Assembly: GCA_903876045.1 (NCBI GenBank)
Contig: CAIQYP010000535.1
Span: 1-57,339, forward strand
DNA length: 57,339 nucleotides
DNA from: an uncultured beta proteobacterium
GTDB taxonomy: Bacteria; Pseudomonadota; Gammaproteobacteria; Burkholderiales; Burkholderiaceae_C
Reading direction: 5' to 3'
Shown here: in pieces, positions 19,842 to 29,321 of the stretch
Position numbering within the stretch: the first letter of the stretch is position 1
Layout: the number at the start of each line of letters is the position of its first letter
Position numbers and translations under genes: made by a program
The notes under the pieces: generated by a model
Database searches by the model: none
The model's input: only the letters and a program-made list of their open reading frames with translations
Told to the model about the DNA's origin: nothing

Positions 19842-20674
19842 TGTCAGATGTAGTAAATCCACCCGCTGGAGCCAACCCGGCGCTTGAGGTTCCGCTCAAG
19901 CCATTAGGCAAGGTCGTGGCGGTCACCAGCGGCAAGGGAGGCGTAGGCAAAACCTTTGTGTCGGCCAATCTGGCAGCCGCTCTGGCCAAGCGCGGCTTGC
20001 GGGTACTGGTGCTCGATGCGGACCTCGGTCTGGCCAACCTGGACGTGGTGCTCAATTTGTATCCCAAGGTTACCCTGCACGATGTGTTCCAGGGGAAGGC
20101 CAAGTTGGAGGAGGCAATCGTCCGCGCGCCCGGTGGTTTCTCGGTCCTGCTGGCAGGTTCGGGCATGGTGGAGTACTCGCGCCTGACGCCCGAGGTACGA
20201 AACGAATTCCTCAACATCATGTCTGGCTTGGTGCCGCATTTTGATATCGTGCTGCTGGATACCGGAGCCGGCATTTCCGATGTCGTGCTTTTTGCGGTGT
20301 CGCTGGCGTCAGAGGTCATTGTGGTAGCCACGCCGGAACCGACTTCTCTAACCGATGCCTACGCCACCATCAAAGTGTTGGTGGGGCAACAAAAACGCCA
20401 GACCATCCGGATGGTGATCAATCAGACGGCACGTCTGGGCGACGGTCGCGCTATCACGGTTCAGTTGCAGCAAGTATTGGATCGTTTTGTGACCACTGAG
20501 CCTGGGCGCCCCATTAAACTGGTTCATATGGGCGATATCCCGGCAGACACCGCAGTGCGCCAGGCAATCATGCGTCGGCAATTGCTGGTGCAGACGGCGC
20601 CCGGCTGCCCGGCTTCCCTCGCCATTACCCAACTCGCCCAAAAAATCCAGGAAACTGTCATCCCTAGAATCTAG
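19841..20674 (+). CDS. MinD/FlhG(FleN)-like ATPase
   Basis: TSGKGGVGKT, DADLGLANLD, DTGAGIS, TPEPTSLTDAYATIK; ATG overlaps the DGC stop. Confidence 0.9.
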   Translation: MSDVVNPPAGANPALEVPLKPLGKVVAVTSGKGGVGKTFVSANLAAALAKRGLRVLVLDADLGLANLDVVLNLYPKVTLHDVFQGKAKLEEAIVRAPGGFSVLLAGSGMVEYSRLTPEVRNEFLNIMSGLVPHFDIVLLDTGAGISDVVLFAVSLASEVIVVATPEPTSLTDAYATIKVLVGQQKRQTIRMVINQTARLGDGRAITVQLQQVLDRFVTTEPGRPIKLVHMGDIPADTAVRQAIMRRQLLVQTAPGCPASLAITQLAQKIQETVIPRI

Positions 20675-21498
20675 GCGCTGACAATCCAGCCTTCCAGACT
20701 GTCCATGTCCGGAGGCAAGCCGTAAAGCGGGGCGCCTGCAGCATGCTGTTGCTGCGCCCAGGCAGCCTGCATCAGGCACAGCGTCGCATCCAGACTGTCG
20801 CCGCTCGCGTCTGCCACCAGGGCATCGTGCTGGGCATGGCTCAATTTCAAACGCAGACCCAGCCGCGTCTGACCCAGTTCCAATGCCATCAGCAAATCTT
20901 TGCGCGCAATAAGCCGCTCTGGCGTCTGCTTGGCTTTGTCATCGCTTTTGTAACTGCGTTGTCCCAGCACCTCACGCGCCAGAAGGCCAGGATAGGCCTC
21001 CAGAGCTACCCGTGCTGTCGCATCCTGCGGTGGCTGCAGACCGGGCAGGTAAGCGCCAATGCCAAGCAAACGTGGCACGCCCGCGTGGAGCATAAAGGCC
21101 ACAGGAGGGTTGACCCATTTCATGGAAGGGCTGCTCTTCGCAGGCCTATCCGTGGCGCGGTGAGCAAATTTCCCGCCAATCGGACGGGCATCACAAAATG
21201 CAGCGAACTGTTCGCGTATCTCGGCACGGCTTAAACGTATGTAATGGGCGATGCAAGACCTCCAGTCGGTCGGCCAACCCAACGTCTCAACCAACTCACG
21301 CGGTAGCCCAAAAGGTAAATCGAATGCCCCCGTCCATGCGGGTTGGTGCGACAGGGACGCGGAAAACGCGTCCAATGTCTCTGCACGTTCCAGTCGTTGC
21401 AGTTGCACGCGCCCGCCTTGCACTTTTCCCCAGGCCAACACAATCGGCTTGCGCTTGGCTGGACTGCTGGAAAAATCACAACCCAACAACTGTGTCAT
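20671..21498 (-). CDS. DUF429-family protein (predicted RNase H-like fold)
   Basis: LLGCDFSS, FDLPFGLP, HRATD, LEAYPG, DSLDA, EGWI. Confidence 0.8.
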   Translation of the reverse strand: MTQLLGCDFSSSPAKRKPIVLAWGKVQGGRVQLQRLERAETLDAFSASLSHQPAWTGAFDLPFGLPRELVETLGWPTDWRSCIAHYIRLSRAEIREQFAAFCDARPIGGKFAHRATDRPAKSSPSMKWVNPPVAFMLHAGVPRLLGIGAYLPGLQPPQDATARVALEAYPGLLAREVLGQRSYKSDDKAKQTPERLIARKDLLMALELGQTRLGLRLKLSHAQHDALVADASGDSLDATLCLMQAAWAQQQHAAGAPLYGLPPDMDSLEGWIVSA

Positions 21499-21520
21499 GC
21501 GCACACCCACTGCATGTGTC

Positions 21521-22402
21521 TTAGCCCAATGCGAGCGCGGCCACGCCCAAGCAGATACATACGGCACCACATAGGCGTGCCAGGCGATCGCCCTCGCCTA
21601 GCAAGTGGCCACCCAGCAGTGCAGCAAACAACATGGACACTTCGCGCGCAGGTGCCACGTGACTCAAGGGAGCAATTTGCAGTGCATACAAGACCATAAC
21701 GTAGGACACCGGGCTGACCGCTCCGACCAACAGAGCGTATTTCCACTGGCGTTGCCAATGTTGTTTTGCCATGCCTAAGTCTTGTAATACTGGCGGCACC
21801 ATCAGCAAGGTCTGCACGCTACAGGCAACGTAGAACGCCAATATGGGCGACATAAGCAGCACTTTGACGGAATAGCCATCGACCAGGGTGTAACTGGCAA
21901 TCGTCAGACCAGTCAGGACGCCGTACTGCACACCCTTGTGAATACGCTCGCGCTGTTCATCGGTCCGCAATTTGCTCCAAATTCCAGGGCCACCGGCAAT
22001 CAAAAAAACGCCAAATGCCACTGCGCCGATACCAGCAAATCCGAGCGCAGATATGTGCTCTCCGAACAGCGCAATAGCAACCATGGAGGAGATTAAGGGA
22101 CCGGAGCCACGCGCCAAAGGATAGACCACCGTCAGATCCGACTTGCGGTAGCCGCGCAGAAGCACGACAAAGTACAGCACGTGAATCACACCGCTGGCTG
22201 CGGCGCATGCCCATTCAGCAAAACCCCAAGTGCCAAGTTGTTGCCAGCCCAGATAAACGCCCAAGGGAGCCCAGACCAGCACGGTAAATAGCGATATAAA
22301 AAAGGCAAAGCGGACATCGCCATCGGCCTTCTTGGCCGCGATATTCCATACCGCGTGAATCAGGCCCGCCAGAACGACCAGGACCAGGGCCGTGACGGGC
22401 AT
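21521..22402 (-). CDS. EamA/DMT-family transporter
   Basis: HAVWN, GYRKSDLTVVYPLARGSGP, YTLVDG, APAREVSML; two DMT repeats. Confidence 0.9.
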   Translation of the reverse strand: MPVTALVLVVLAGLIHAVWNIAAKKADGDVRFAFFISLFTVLVWAPLGVYLGWQQLGTWGFAEWACAAASGVIHVLYFVVLLRGYRKSDLTVVYPLARGSGPLISSMVAIALFGEHISALGFAGIGAVAFGVFLIAGGPGIWSKLRTDEQRERIHKGVQYGVLTGLTIASYTLVDGYSVKVLLMSPILAFYVACSVQTLLMVPPVLQDLGMAKQHWQRQWKYALLVGAVSPVSYVMVLYALQIAPLSHVAPAREVSMLFAALLGGHLLGEGDRLARLCGAVCICLGVAALALG

Positions 22403-22440
22403 TTAGGATTTAGCGCTACAGGTCATGAAGGATGTTTTGC

Positions 22441-22630
22441 CGCCGGGCCGCCCCAAGGCAAAACGCGCCCCCTTGGGGGGCCGCGACCCACACGAAGTGG
22501 GGAAGCGTGGGGGCAGCGTTTGAGCGCCGGGCCGCCCCAAGGCAAAACGCGCCCTCTTGGGGGGCAGCGACCCACACGAAGTGGGGAAGCGTGGGGGCAG
22601 CGACCCGCGCAGCGGCGGAGCGTGGGGGCA
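22441..22630. repeat. Tandem REP-like repeat, family C (two ~78-bp copies, period 84, plus a partial third)
   Basis: CGCCGGGCCGCCCCAAGGCAAAACGCGCCCyCTTGGGGGGCmGCGACCCACACGAAGTGGGGAAGCGTGGGGGCAGCG at 22441 and 22525, then GACCCGCGCAGCGGCGGAGCGTGGGGGCA. Confidence 0.9.
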
Positions 22631-22635
22631 ACATT

Positions 22636-23058
22636 TCAAGCCCGACCGATGATGGAAGCGGTGGCCATCAGTTCTTCGAGCAGCGCCAGTGAAACTTTGC
22701 CAGACACTGAGTAGGGGTCGAGTTCAGCCTTTTCAGCGTACTTCAGCAGAATGCTGGTGTTGACCTTTGACATATTGACCTGGCCCATGGTCCAGCCGCC
22801 AAAGCGGCGTTCGGAAATTTCTTCGTAGTGCAACAGCACGACATCCTTGTGGCGCTGATCTTTTTGGATATGGCCATACAAATCGCTGACCGCATTACGT
22901 CCGCCTTCGATGGCCTGCAAAAAAATACCACCCCCGTAACACAGGATGCCGGTGATACCGCTAATGGGATTGAAATGGCGGCACTCCCCAAGAATATCGT
23001 CCACCGCACTGCAGGAAGGATCAATCGCACGACTGGCATACAACAAACGGACCAACAT
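22636..23058 (-). CDS. Stand-alone BLUF blue-light photoreceptor
   Basis: LLYASRA (Tyr), N..SGITGIL, FLQAIEG (Gln), DQRH, RRFGGWTM (Trp/Met). Confidence 0.93.
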   Translation of the reverse strand: MLVRLLYASRAIDPSCSAVDDILGECRHFNPISGITGILCYGGGIFLQAIEGGRNAVSDLYGHIQKDQRHKDVVLLHYEEISERRFGGWTMGQVNMSKVNTSILLKYAEKAELDPYSVSGKVSLALLEELMATASIIGRA

Positions 23059-23061
23059 GAC

Positions 23062-23787
23062 TTAGCCTTTCCGGGGAATCAGGGACAAAAACTCGCGTCG
23101 CAAATTGGCGTCCTTTAAAAAGGCCCCGCGCATAACCGAGTTAATCATCTTGCTATTCATGTCTTTAACGCCCCGCCACGACATGCAGTAGTGGCTGGCT
23201 TCCATCACGATAGCCAAGCCGTCGGGCTGCGTTTTCTCCTGGATCAAGTCGGCAAGCTGAACCACTGCCTCTTCCTGAATCTGGGGTCGACCCATGATCC
23301 ATTCGGCCAGACGCGCGTACTTGGACAATCCAATCACATTGGTGTGTTCGTTGGGCATCACACCAATCCAAATCTGGCCAATCACCGGACAAAAATGGTG
23401 ACTGCACGCGCTGCGCACGGTGATGGGGCCAACAATCATCAATTCGTTGAGATGCTCTGCGTTGGGAAACTCGGTGATGGTCGGAGCGGCTACATAGCGG
23501 CCTTTAAAAACCTCCTGGACATACATCTTGGCCACGCGGCGCGCCGTATTGTCGGTGTTGTGATCGTTGTCGGTGTCGATTACCAAACTGCTCAGCACAC
23601 CCTTCATTTTTTCTTCTACTTCGTCTAGTAGCAACTCCAATTCGCCCGGCTCAATAAACTGCGCGATGTTGTCGTTGGCGTTAAAACGCTTGCGCGATGC
23701 CTGGATACGTTCACGGATTTTGACGGAAACCGGAGTCCCCTCGTCGGCATCGATTGGGTTCATGCTGCTCTGCATTTTCATTAACAT
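23062..23787 (-). CDS. folE: GTP cyclohydrolase I
   Basis: TARRVAKMY, SACSHH, IGLSKYARL, RPQIQE, HYCMSWRGV; start uncertain. Confidence 0.94.
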   Translation of the reverse strand: MLMKMQSSMNPIDADEGTPVSVKIRERIQASRKRFNANDNIAQFIEPGELELLLDEVEEKMKGVLSSLVIDTDNDHNTDNTARRVAKMYVQEVFKGRYVAAPTITEFPNAEHLNELMIVGPITVRSACSHHFCPVIGQIWIGVMPNEHTNVIGLSKYARLAEWIMGRPQIQEEAVVQLADLIQEKTQPDGLAIVMEASHYCMSWRGVKDMNSKMINSVMRGAFLKDANLRREFLSLIPRKG

Positions 23788-23865
23788 GGAATGATGGTAA
23801 CAGTCTTTACCCAACAAGGTTATAGGTCGGAATGGCACCGGAGTAGTAAGTTTTGCGCTGCTACT

Positions 23866-25080
23866 TCAGTAGTCGTTACCACTCAAAAAAAGAGTTAGTC
23901 GCATGACGGCATAGGCCAGTCGGTCCTTCAAACGTTGCCACAAGGGACGATGGGTAAACATCGCTTTATCCAATCGCACACTGTGCTGCTGGATGGCTGA
24001 ATTGAGGGGCGCCAACAGGGCTTGCGCAAAGGTGCCGTCATCCACCACCACATTGGCCTCGCGCGCCAACAACAGACTTAAAGGATCAAGATTGGACGAG
24101 CCTACGGTGGCCCACTTGCCGTCGATCACCGCAACCTTGGCGTGCAGAAATCCGGCCTGGTATTCGTAGATTTCCACACCGGCATCCAACAGCGCTCCGT
24201 AAAACGGTTTGGCAGCGTGGTACTGCATAAAGAATTCATATCGCCCCTGCAGCAGCAGGCGCACGCGCACTCCGCGCCGCACCGCATGTATGAGGGCTCG
24301 GCGCAACTTGATACCCGGCAGAAAATAGGCGTTGGCAATCACGACCTCACTCCTGGCATGTGCAATGGCCTGACGGTACGCGCGCTCGATTCGTTTGCGG
24401 TTGCGCAAGTTGTCACGCAGCAGCAGGGTGGCGCGCATGCCAACGGCTGCGGATGCGGGTTCAGTAACTTTCACCGTGGGACTCTGCAAGGGGGCTGCCA
24501 GCAATTGTTCGAGCGAGCGACGTACTTCCTGAAACTGGCCCTGCCCCAGTTGCCGTGTGGTTTGCAGCCTGCGCCAGAACTGATCCATGGCGTTGTGCGC
24601 ATCGGCTACCAGAGGTCCGCGCACTGATACGGCAAAGTCAAATCGCGGAATGGTTTGCACACCATGGTTCAGTTCGATGAAGTCGTCAAGGATATTGATT
24701 CCGCCACAAAACGCCAGTTCCTGATCCACCACGCAGAGCTTGCGATGCAGGCGGCGCCAGCGTCCGGGAATAAACAAACCAAAAGAGCCCAAAGGCAAAA
24801 ACTGTTGCCACTGCACACCACTGCTCTGCAACCGCACGACCCAGCGCGCGGGCATTTGCGGAGTGCCAATGCCATCCACCACCAGATACACCGCTACGCC
24901 GCGCAAGGCGGCGCGCTCTAAAGCGCTGACGATGGATTCACCCACCGCATCGTCGTGAAAGATATATGTCTCCAGTCGCACCTCGCGGCGCGCGGCATCC
25001 AGAGCCTCGATCAGGGCAGGAAAAAATGCCTGACCGGAGCAGAGGAGTTGCACGCGATGACCTGAGCGCAACGTGGGCAT
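23866..25080 (-). CDS. clsB: Cardiolipin synthase B
   Basis: Two HKD motifs (HRKLCVVD, HAKVAVID), GGINI, VGSSNLD, ANAYFLPG. Confidence 0.9.
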   Translation of the reverse strand: MPTLRSGHRVQLLCSGQAFFPALIEALDAARREVRLETYIFHDDAVGESIVSALERAALRGVAVYLVVDGIGTPQMPARWVVRLQSSGVQWQQFLPLGSFGLFIPGRWRRLHRKLCVVDQELAFCGGINILDDFIELNHGVQTIPRFDFAVSVRGPLVADAHNAMDQFWRRLQTTRQLGQGQFQEVRRSLEQLLAAPLQSPTVKVTEPASAAVGMRATLLLRDNLRNRKRIERAYRQAIAHARSEVVIANAYFLPGIKLRRALIHAVRRGVRVRLLLQGRYEFFMQYHAAKPFYGALLDAGVEIYEYQAGFLHAKVAVIDGKWATVGSSNLDPLSLLLAREANVVVDDGTFAQALLAPLNSAIQQHSVRLDKAMFTHRPLWQRLKDRLAYAVMRLTLFLSGNDY

Positions 25081-25090
25081 ATCAACATTC

Positions 25091-25825
25091 CTACTGCGTG
25101 AGTTCGAATTCGGAAATCAAAGGCAGGTGGTCCGACATGCGCCACCAGGCGCGTCCACTCGGTACTGAATGGGACAACTCGCGCATGCCGCGTACGTATA
25201 CATGATCGAACTGAACCAGGGGTAAGCGTGCTGGAAAGGTGGGTGTACGTTCTAAGGTGCTGGTGTACAAACCTACCTCAGCCAACGGTTTGGAAAGCAG
25301 GGCGCCCCAGTCATTAAAATCACCGGCCACAACCAAGGGTTCATGGGTTGGAATTTCACGGGCAATAAATTGTGCCAATTGCGCGAGCTGGCGCACGCGG
25401 CTGGCTCGAATCAGCCCCAGATGCACCACCACCACGTGCACCGTCTTGCCCCGCACAACCACCTCGGAGTGCAGCAGACCACGCTGTTCAAACCGGTGAT
25501 CCGACATGTCTTCATGCTGATGCGCACGCACCGGCCAGCGCGACAACATGGCATTGCCGTGTTCGCCATGGCGCGTAATGGCATTGGTGCGGTACACCAC
25601 GTGGTAGCCCTCGGGCGCCAGATAATCGGCCTGCGGTTGCTCCGGCCAGTGATGAAAAAAGGCAGCCTCGCTGTGGTTCATCTTGCGCACTTCCTGAAGG
25701 CAAACAATGTCTGCATCAAACTGCGCAACGGCATGAGCGAGGTTGTGAATTTCCAGCCGCCGATTCGGCCCCAGACCCTGCACACCCTTATGGATGTTGT
25801 AGGTTGCAACCCGAATGCGCGTCAT
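25091..25825 (-). CDS. Endonuclease/exonuclease/phosphatase family protein (YbhP-like)
   Basis: TYNIHKG, LQEV, HGNAMLSR, AGDFNDW, SDHLP; ATG overlaps the nudB stop. Confidence 0.9.
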   Translation of the reverse strand: MTRIRVATYNIHKGVQGLGPNRRLEIHNLAHAVAQFDADIVCLQEVRKMNHSEAAFFHHWPEQPQADYLAPEGYHVVYRTNAITRHGEHGNAMLSRWPVRAHQHEDMSDHRFEQRGLLHSEVVVRGKTVHVVVVHLGLIRASRVRQLAQLAQFIAREIPTHEPLVVAGDFNDWGALLSKPLAEVGLYTSTLERTPTFPARLPLVQFDHVYVRGMRELSHSVPSGRAWWRMSDHLPLISEFELTQ

Positions 25826-26316
25826 ACAACGCCCCTGCCGGTGAAGGCTGCGGCGAAACGCGGCAGCAGCAAAATAGCCTCTGCATTGGAGGGAGAAAAA
25901 CACTTTTCTGCCGCCCGAGCATAAGGCAACCATTGGTAAGACGTGTGCTCGCGCGGGCTCAACGTCACCGGGGTGCCTGCTGGCACTTGCAGGCCAAAGA
26001 CGCGCTCGGTATTCAACACAGTCCCCGGGGCATAGCGGTGCAGCCAACGTGCGTAGATGTCATAGATATTTTCAAGATTCCAGTCCTGAAACCCGGGATA
26101 CAGGGGTGTTCCCTCCGCGCACTCAATGCCGGTCTCCTCCCACACTTCGCGAATGGCAGTTGCTTCATAGCTGTCGGTCAACACGTCCTTGCTGCCGGTT
26201 ACCGACTGCCAGAACTCGGTGTCCTGGGTGTCGGCGCGGCGAATCAGCAATACGTCCAGTTCCGGGGTGTAAATCACCACCAGAACGGATTGGGCGATCT
26301 TGTAGTTTTTAGTCAT
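25822..26316 (-). CDS. nudB: Dihydroneopterin triphosphate diphosphatase (Nudix)
   Basis: SVLVVIY, FWQSVTGS, AIREVWEETGI, RYAPG...NTE, REH; follows aspS. Confidence 0.92.
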   Translation of the reverse strand: MTKNYKIAQSVLVVIYTPELDVLLIRRADTQDTEFWQSVTGSKDVLTDSYEATAIREVWEETGIECAEGTPLYPGFQDWNLENIYDIYARWLHRYAPGTVLNTERVFGLQVPAGTPVTLSPREHTSYQWLPYARAAEKCFSPSNAEAILLLPRFAAAFTGRGVV

Positions 26317-26345
26317 AAAAAAAGGGCGCTTAAAAAGCGCCCTTT
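26317..26345 (-). terminator. Intrinsic terminator downstream of aspS
   Basis: AAAGGGCGCTT / AAGCGCCCTTT stem with a T7 run on the minus strand. Confidence 0.75.
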
Positions 26346-26384
26346 CATTGTGCACCACCGGAGGACAAACCTCCGTGCGCCACC

Positions 26385-28202
26385 TTACACCGGTTTATTC
26401 ACCAGATCGGCATTACGCAAACGGATATGCAACTCACGCAATTGCTTTTCGTCGACCAGGCTAGGGGCCTGTGTCAGCAGGCACTGGGCGCGCTGCGTCT
26501 TGGGAAAGGCAATCACGTCGCGGATGGACTCGGCACCAGTCATCATGGTCACGATACGGTCCAAACCAAAGGCCAGTCCGCCATGTGGGGGCGCGCCGTA
26601 TTGCAAAGCGTCGAGCAGGAAGCCGAACTTGATCTGCGCTTCTTCGGGTGTGATCTTGAGCGCGTCAAACACCTTTTGCTGCACATCAGCACGGTGGATA
26701 CGAACCGAGCCACCACCCATTTCCCAACCATTCAAAACCATGTCATAGCCCTGCGAAATGCACTTCTCGGGGGCGGTGACCATCCAGTCTTCGTGGCCTT
26801 CCTTGGGCGCGGTAAAGGGGTGATGCACGGCGGTGTAGCGGGCATTTTCCTCGTCGTATTCGAACATCGGGAAATCGACCACCCACATCGGACGCCAAGC
26901 CGCGGTGAACAGGCCGTTCTTCTTGCCGAACTCGCTGTGGCCGATCTTGATGCGCAAGGCACCGATGGCGTCGTTGACGATCTTCTCTTTGTCTGCGCCA
27001 AAGAAGATCAGGTCGCCGTTCTGCGCGCCGCTGCGTGCCAGCACTTCGGCAATGGCTTTGTCGTGCAGGTTTTTAACGATGGGGCTTTGCAGGCCATCGC
27101 GACCCTTGGTGATGTCATTCACGCGAATGTAGGCCAGGCCCTTGGCGCCATAGATCTTGACGAACTCGGTGTAGGCGTCGATCTCGCCGCGGCTGATGCC
27201 GCCGCCTTCTTTGGAGCCGCCAGGGACGCGCAGGGCCACGACACGGCCGCCCTTCATGGTTGCGGCACCGGAGAAGACCTTGAAGTCCACATCGGCCATC
27301 ACGTCGGTGACTTCGGAGAATTCGAGGTTCACGCGTAAATCGGGCTTGTCGGAACCATACAGGCGCATGGCGTCCTGGTACGTCATGACCGGGAACTCGC
27401 CCAGGTCCACCCCAATGGTATTTTTGAACACCGTGGTGATCATGCCCTGGAACATTTCACGGATGTCTTCTTCGCTCAAGAACGAAGTTTCGATATCGAT
27501 CTGGGTGAATTCGGGCTGGCGGTCGGCGCGCAAGTCTTCATCGCGGAAGCACTTGGTGATCTGGTAGTAGCGGTCAAAACCGGCCACCATCAGCAACTGC
27601 TTGAACAACTGGGGCGATTGCGGCAGGGCAAAGAAATGGCCATCATGCACACGGCTAGGCACCAGGTAATCACGCGCGCCTTCGGGCGTGCTCTTGGTCA
27701 GCATGGGGGTTTCGATGTCCACGAAACCATTGGCATCCAGGAACTTGCGCACCTCCATCGCCACGCGGTAGCGCAGCATCAGGTTGTTTTGCATGTAGGG
27801 GCGACGCAGGTCCAGCACGCGATGCGTCAGGCGGGTGGTTTCCGACAGGTTGTCGTCATCCAACTGGAAAGGAGGCGTGACAGACGGATTGAGCACCTTG
27901 AATTCATGGCAAAGCACTTCGATCTTGCCGCTCTTGAGGTTCTCATTCACGGTGCCTTCGGGGCGTGCACGTACCAGGCCTTTGATCTGCACGCAAAACT
28001 CATTGCGCACATCCTCTGCCACCTTGAACATCTCTGCACGGTCTGGGTCGCAGACCACCTGCACATAGCCTTCGCGGTCGCGCAGGTCGACAAAAATCAC
28101 GCCACCGTGGTCGCGGCGGCGGTTTACCCAGCCGCACAGGGTTACGGTTTGGCCCAACAGGGCATCGGTCACAAGACCGCAATAGTGGGTGCGCATGGCC
28201 AT
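26385..28202 (-). CDS. aspS: Aspartate--tRNA ligase
   Basis: [60 protein letters not shown]. Confidence 0.98.
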   Translation of the reverse strand: MAMRTHYCGLVTDALLGQTVTLCGWVNRRRDHGGVIFVDLRDREGYVQVVCDPDRAEMFKVAEDVRNEFCVQIKGLVRARPEGTVNENLKSGKIEVLCHEFKVLNPSVTPPFQLDDDNLSETTRLTHRVLDLRRPYMQNNLMLRYRVAMEVRKFLDANGFVDIETPMLTKSTPEGARDYLVPSRVHDGHFFALPQSPQLFKQLLMVAGFDRYYQITKCFRDEDLRADRQPEFTQIDIETSFLSEEDIREMFQGMITTVFKNTIGVDLGEFPVMTYQDAMRLYGSDKPDLRVNLEFSEVTDVMADVDFKVFSGAATMKGGRVVALRVPGGSKEGGGISRGEIDAYTEFVKIYGAKGLAYIRVNDITKGRDGLQSPIVKNLHDKAIAEVLARSGAQNGDLIFFGADKEKIVNDAIGALRIKIGHSEFGKKNGLFTAAWRPMWVVDFPMFEYDEENARYTAVHHPFTAPKEGHEDWMVTAPEKCISQGYDMVLNGWEMGGGSVRIHRADVQQKVFDALKITPEEAQIKFGFLLDALQYGAPPHGGLAFGLDRIVTMMTGAESIRDVIAFPKTQRAQCLLTQAPSLVDEKQLRELHIRLRNADLVNKPV

Positions 28203-28250
28203 CGTTTGCTTTCTAAACACTGCACTGGAGGCAGTTGGTTTCATAAAGGG

Positions 28251-28910
28251 TTATTTGGGAAGAGTGGGCGGATGTTTCGGAGCATGCAGATGCTCGACGG
28301 GCACAACCGAGCCCATTGAAATCACGTAAGTCAGGGCTTCATCCACGCTCATCTCCAACTCAATCACTTCAGAGCGCGGCAGCATCAAAAAGAAACCGCT
28401 GGTCGGGTTCGGCGTGGTGGGTACATACACGCTCACCATGTCCGCGCCCAGATGCGTTTGAACTTCGCCGCCGGGCACACCGGTTTGAAAGGCAATAGTC
28501 CAGCAACCGGCACGGGGATACTGCACCAACATGGCAGTACGAAAGGCATTGCCGTTGCTGGAAAACAGCGTGTCGGATACCTTCTTGACGCTGTTATAGA
28601 TGGTCTTGACGATCGGAATGTTGGTAAAAAGGGTGTCCCACTGCCTCAGCCACCAACGGCCCGCAACATTGGCCACCAGGGCGCCTGTGAACAGCAAGGC
28701 TGCGGCCACTAGCAGTACACCCAATCCCGGAATATGGTGCAGGCGCTCGATCAGAGGATCCAGATCGGTGGGCGTGACGGCGGCCAGCATGGAAAGCAGA
28801 CCGAAGAAGACCGAGTCCAGCGTACCCACAAGCCACATCAGCACCCACAGAGTGATGGCCAATGGCAACCAGACCATCAGGCCGGCGAGCAAATATTTCT
28901 TAAAGGGCAC
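28251..28910 (-). CDS. DUF502 membrane protein
   Basis: AGLMVWLP, IPIVKTIYNSVK, VYVPTTPNPTSGF. Confidence 0.9.
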   Translation of the reverse strand: MPFKKYLLAGLMVWLPLAITLWVLMWLVGTLDSVFFGLLSMLAAVTPTDLDPLIERLHHIPGLGVLLVAAALLFTGALVANVAGRWWLRQWDTLFTNIPIVKTIYNSVKKVSDTLFSSNGNAFRTAMLVQYPRAGCWTIAFQTGVPGGEVQTHLGADMVSVYVPTTPNPTSGFFLMLPRSEVIELEMSVDEALTYVISMGSVVPVEHLHAPKHPPTLPK

Positions 28911-28934
28911 GGCTGCTCCGATGTAATTGGGAAA

Positions 28935-29270
28935 TCAGGCTTGCGCAGCCGGTTTTGGCGCCGGAGTTGCAGCAGGCGTTGTGGTTTCCACCTTGGCGGA
29001 ACTTGCTGGCGCATCGCTTGAAACGGCTGCAGTTGCAGGCGCTGCATCCCCCACCGCGGGAGCAACCGCCGGCGTAGGTGCAGCACCTGCGCCTTTAAAG
29101 TCGGTGGCGTACCAGCCAGTACCCTTGAGCTGAAAACCTGCGGCCGTCAGCTGTTTTTTGAAGCTTGGCTGTTCGCAAGCCGGGCAATCGGATAGCACGG
29201 GGTCGGAGATTTTTTGCAGAACGTCCTTGGCAAACCCGCAGGACTCGCACTTGTAAGCATATATGGGCAT
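28935..29270 (-). CDS. FmdB-family zinc-ribbon protein
   Basis: MPIYAYKCESCG, CPAC, FQLKGTGWYATDF, Ala/Pro-rich tail. Confidence 0.92.
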   Translation of the reverse strand: MPIYAYKCESCGFAKDVLQKISDPVLSDCPACEQPSFKKQLTAAGFQLKGTGWYATDFKGAGAAPTPAVAPAVGDAAPATAAVSSDAPASSAKVETTTPAATPAPKPAAQA

Positions 29271-29321
29271 GGATTGAGGCTCTGACCGGTGATTGCAAAG
29301 CCTTCAATTATAGAGCCGAGC

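Noticed and set aside
20671-21498. DUF429 as a defence nuclease
   Set aside because: Single gene in a housekeeping context with no defence partners visible
22441-22630. Possible CRISPR array
   Set aside because: Units are ~78 bp with a 6-bp gap, there are no unique spacers and no cas genes
22355-22714. Short ORFs with repeated peptides
   Set aside because: Translations of the tandem REP-like repeat
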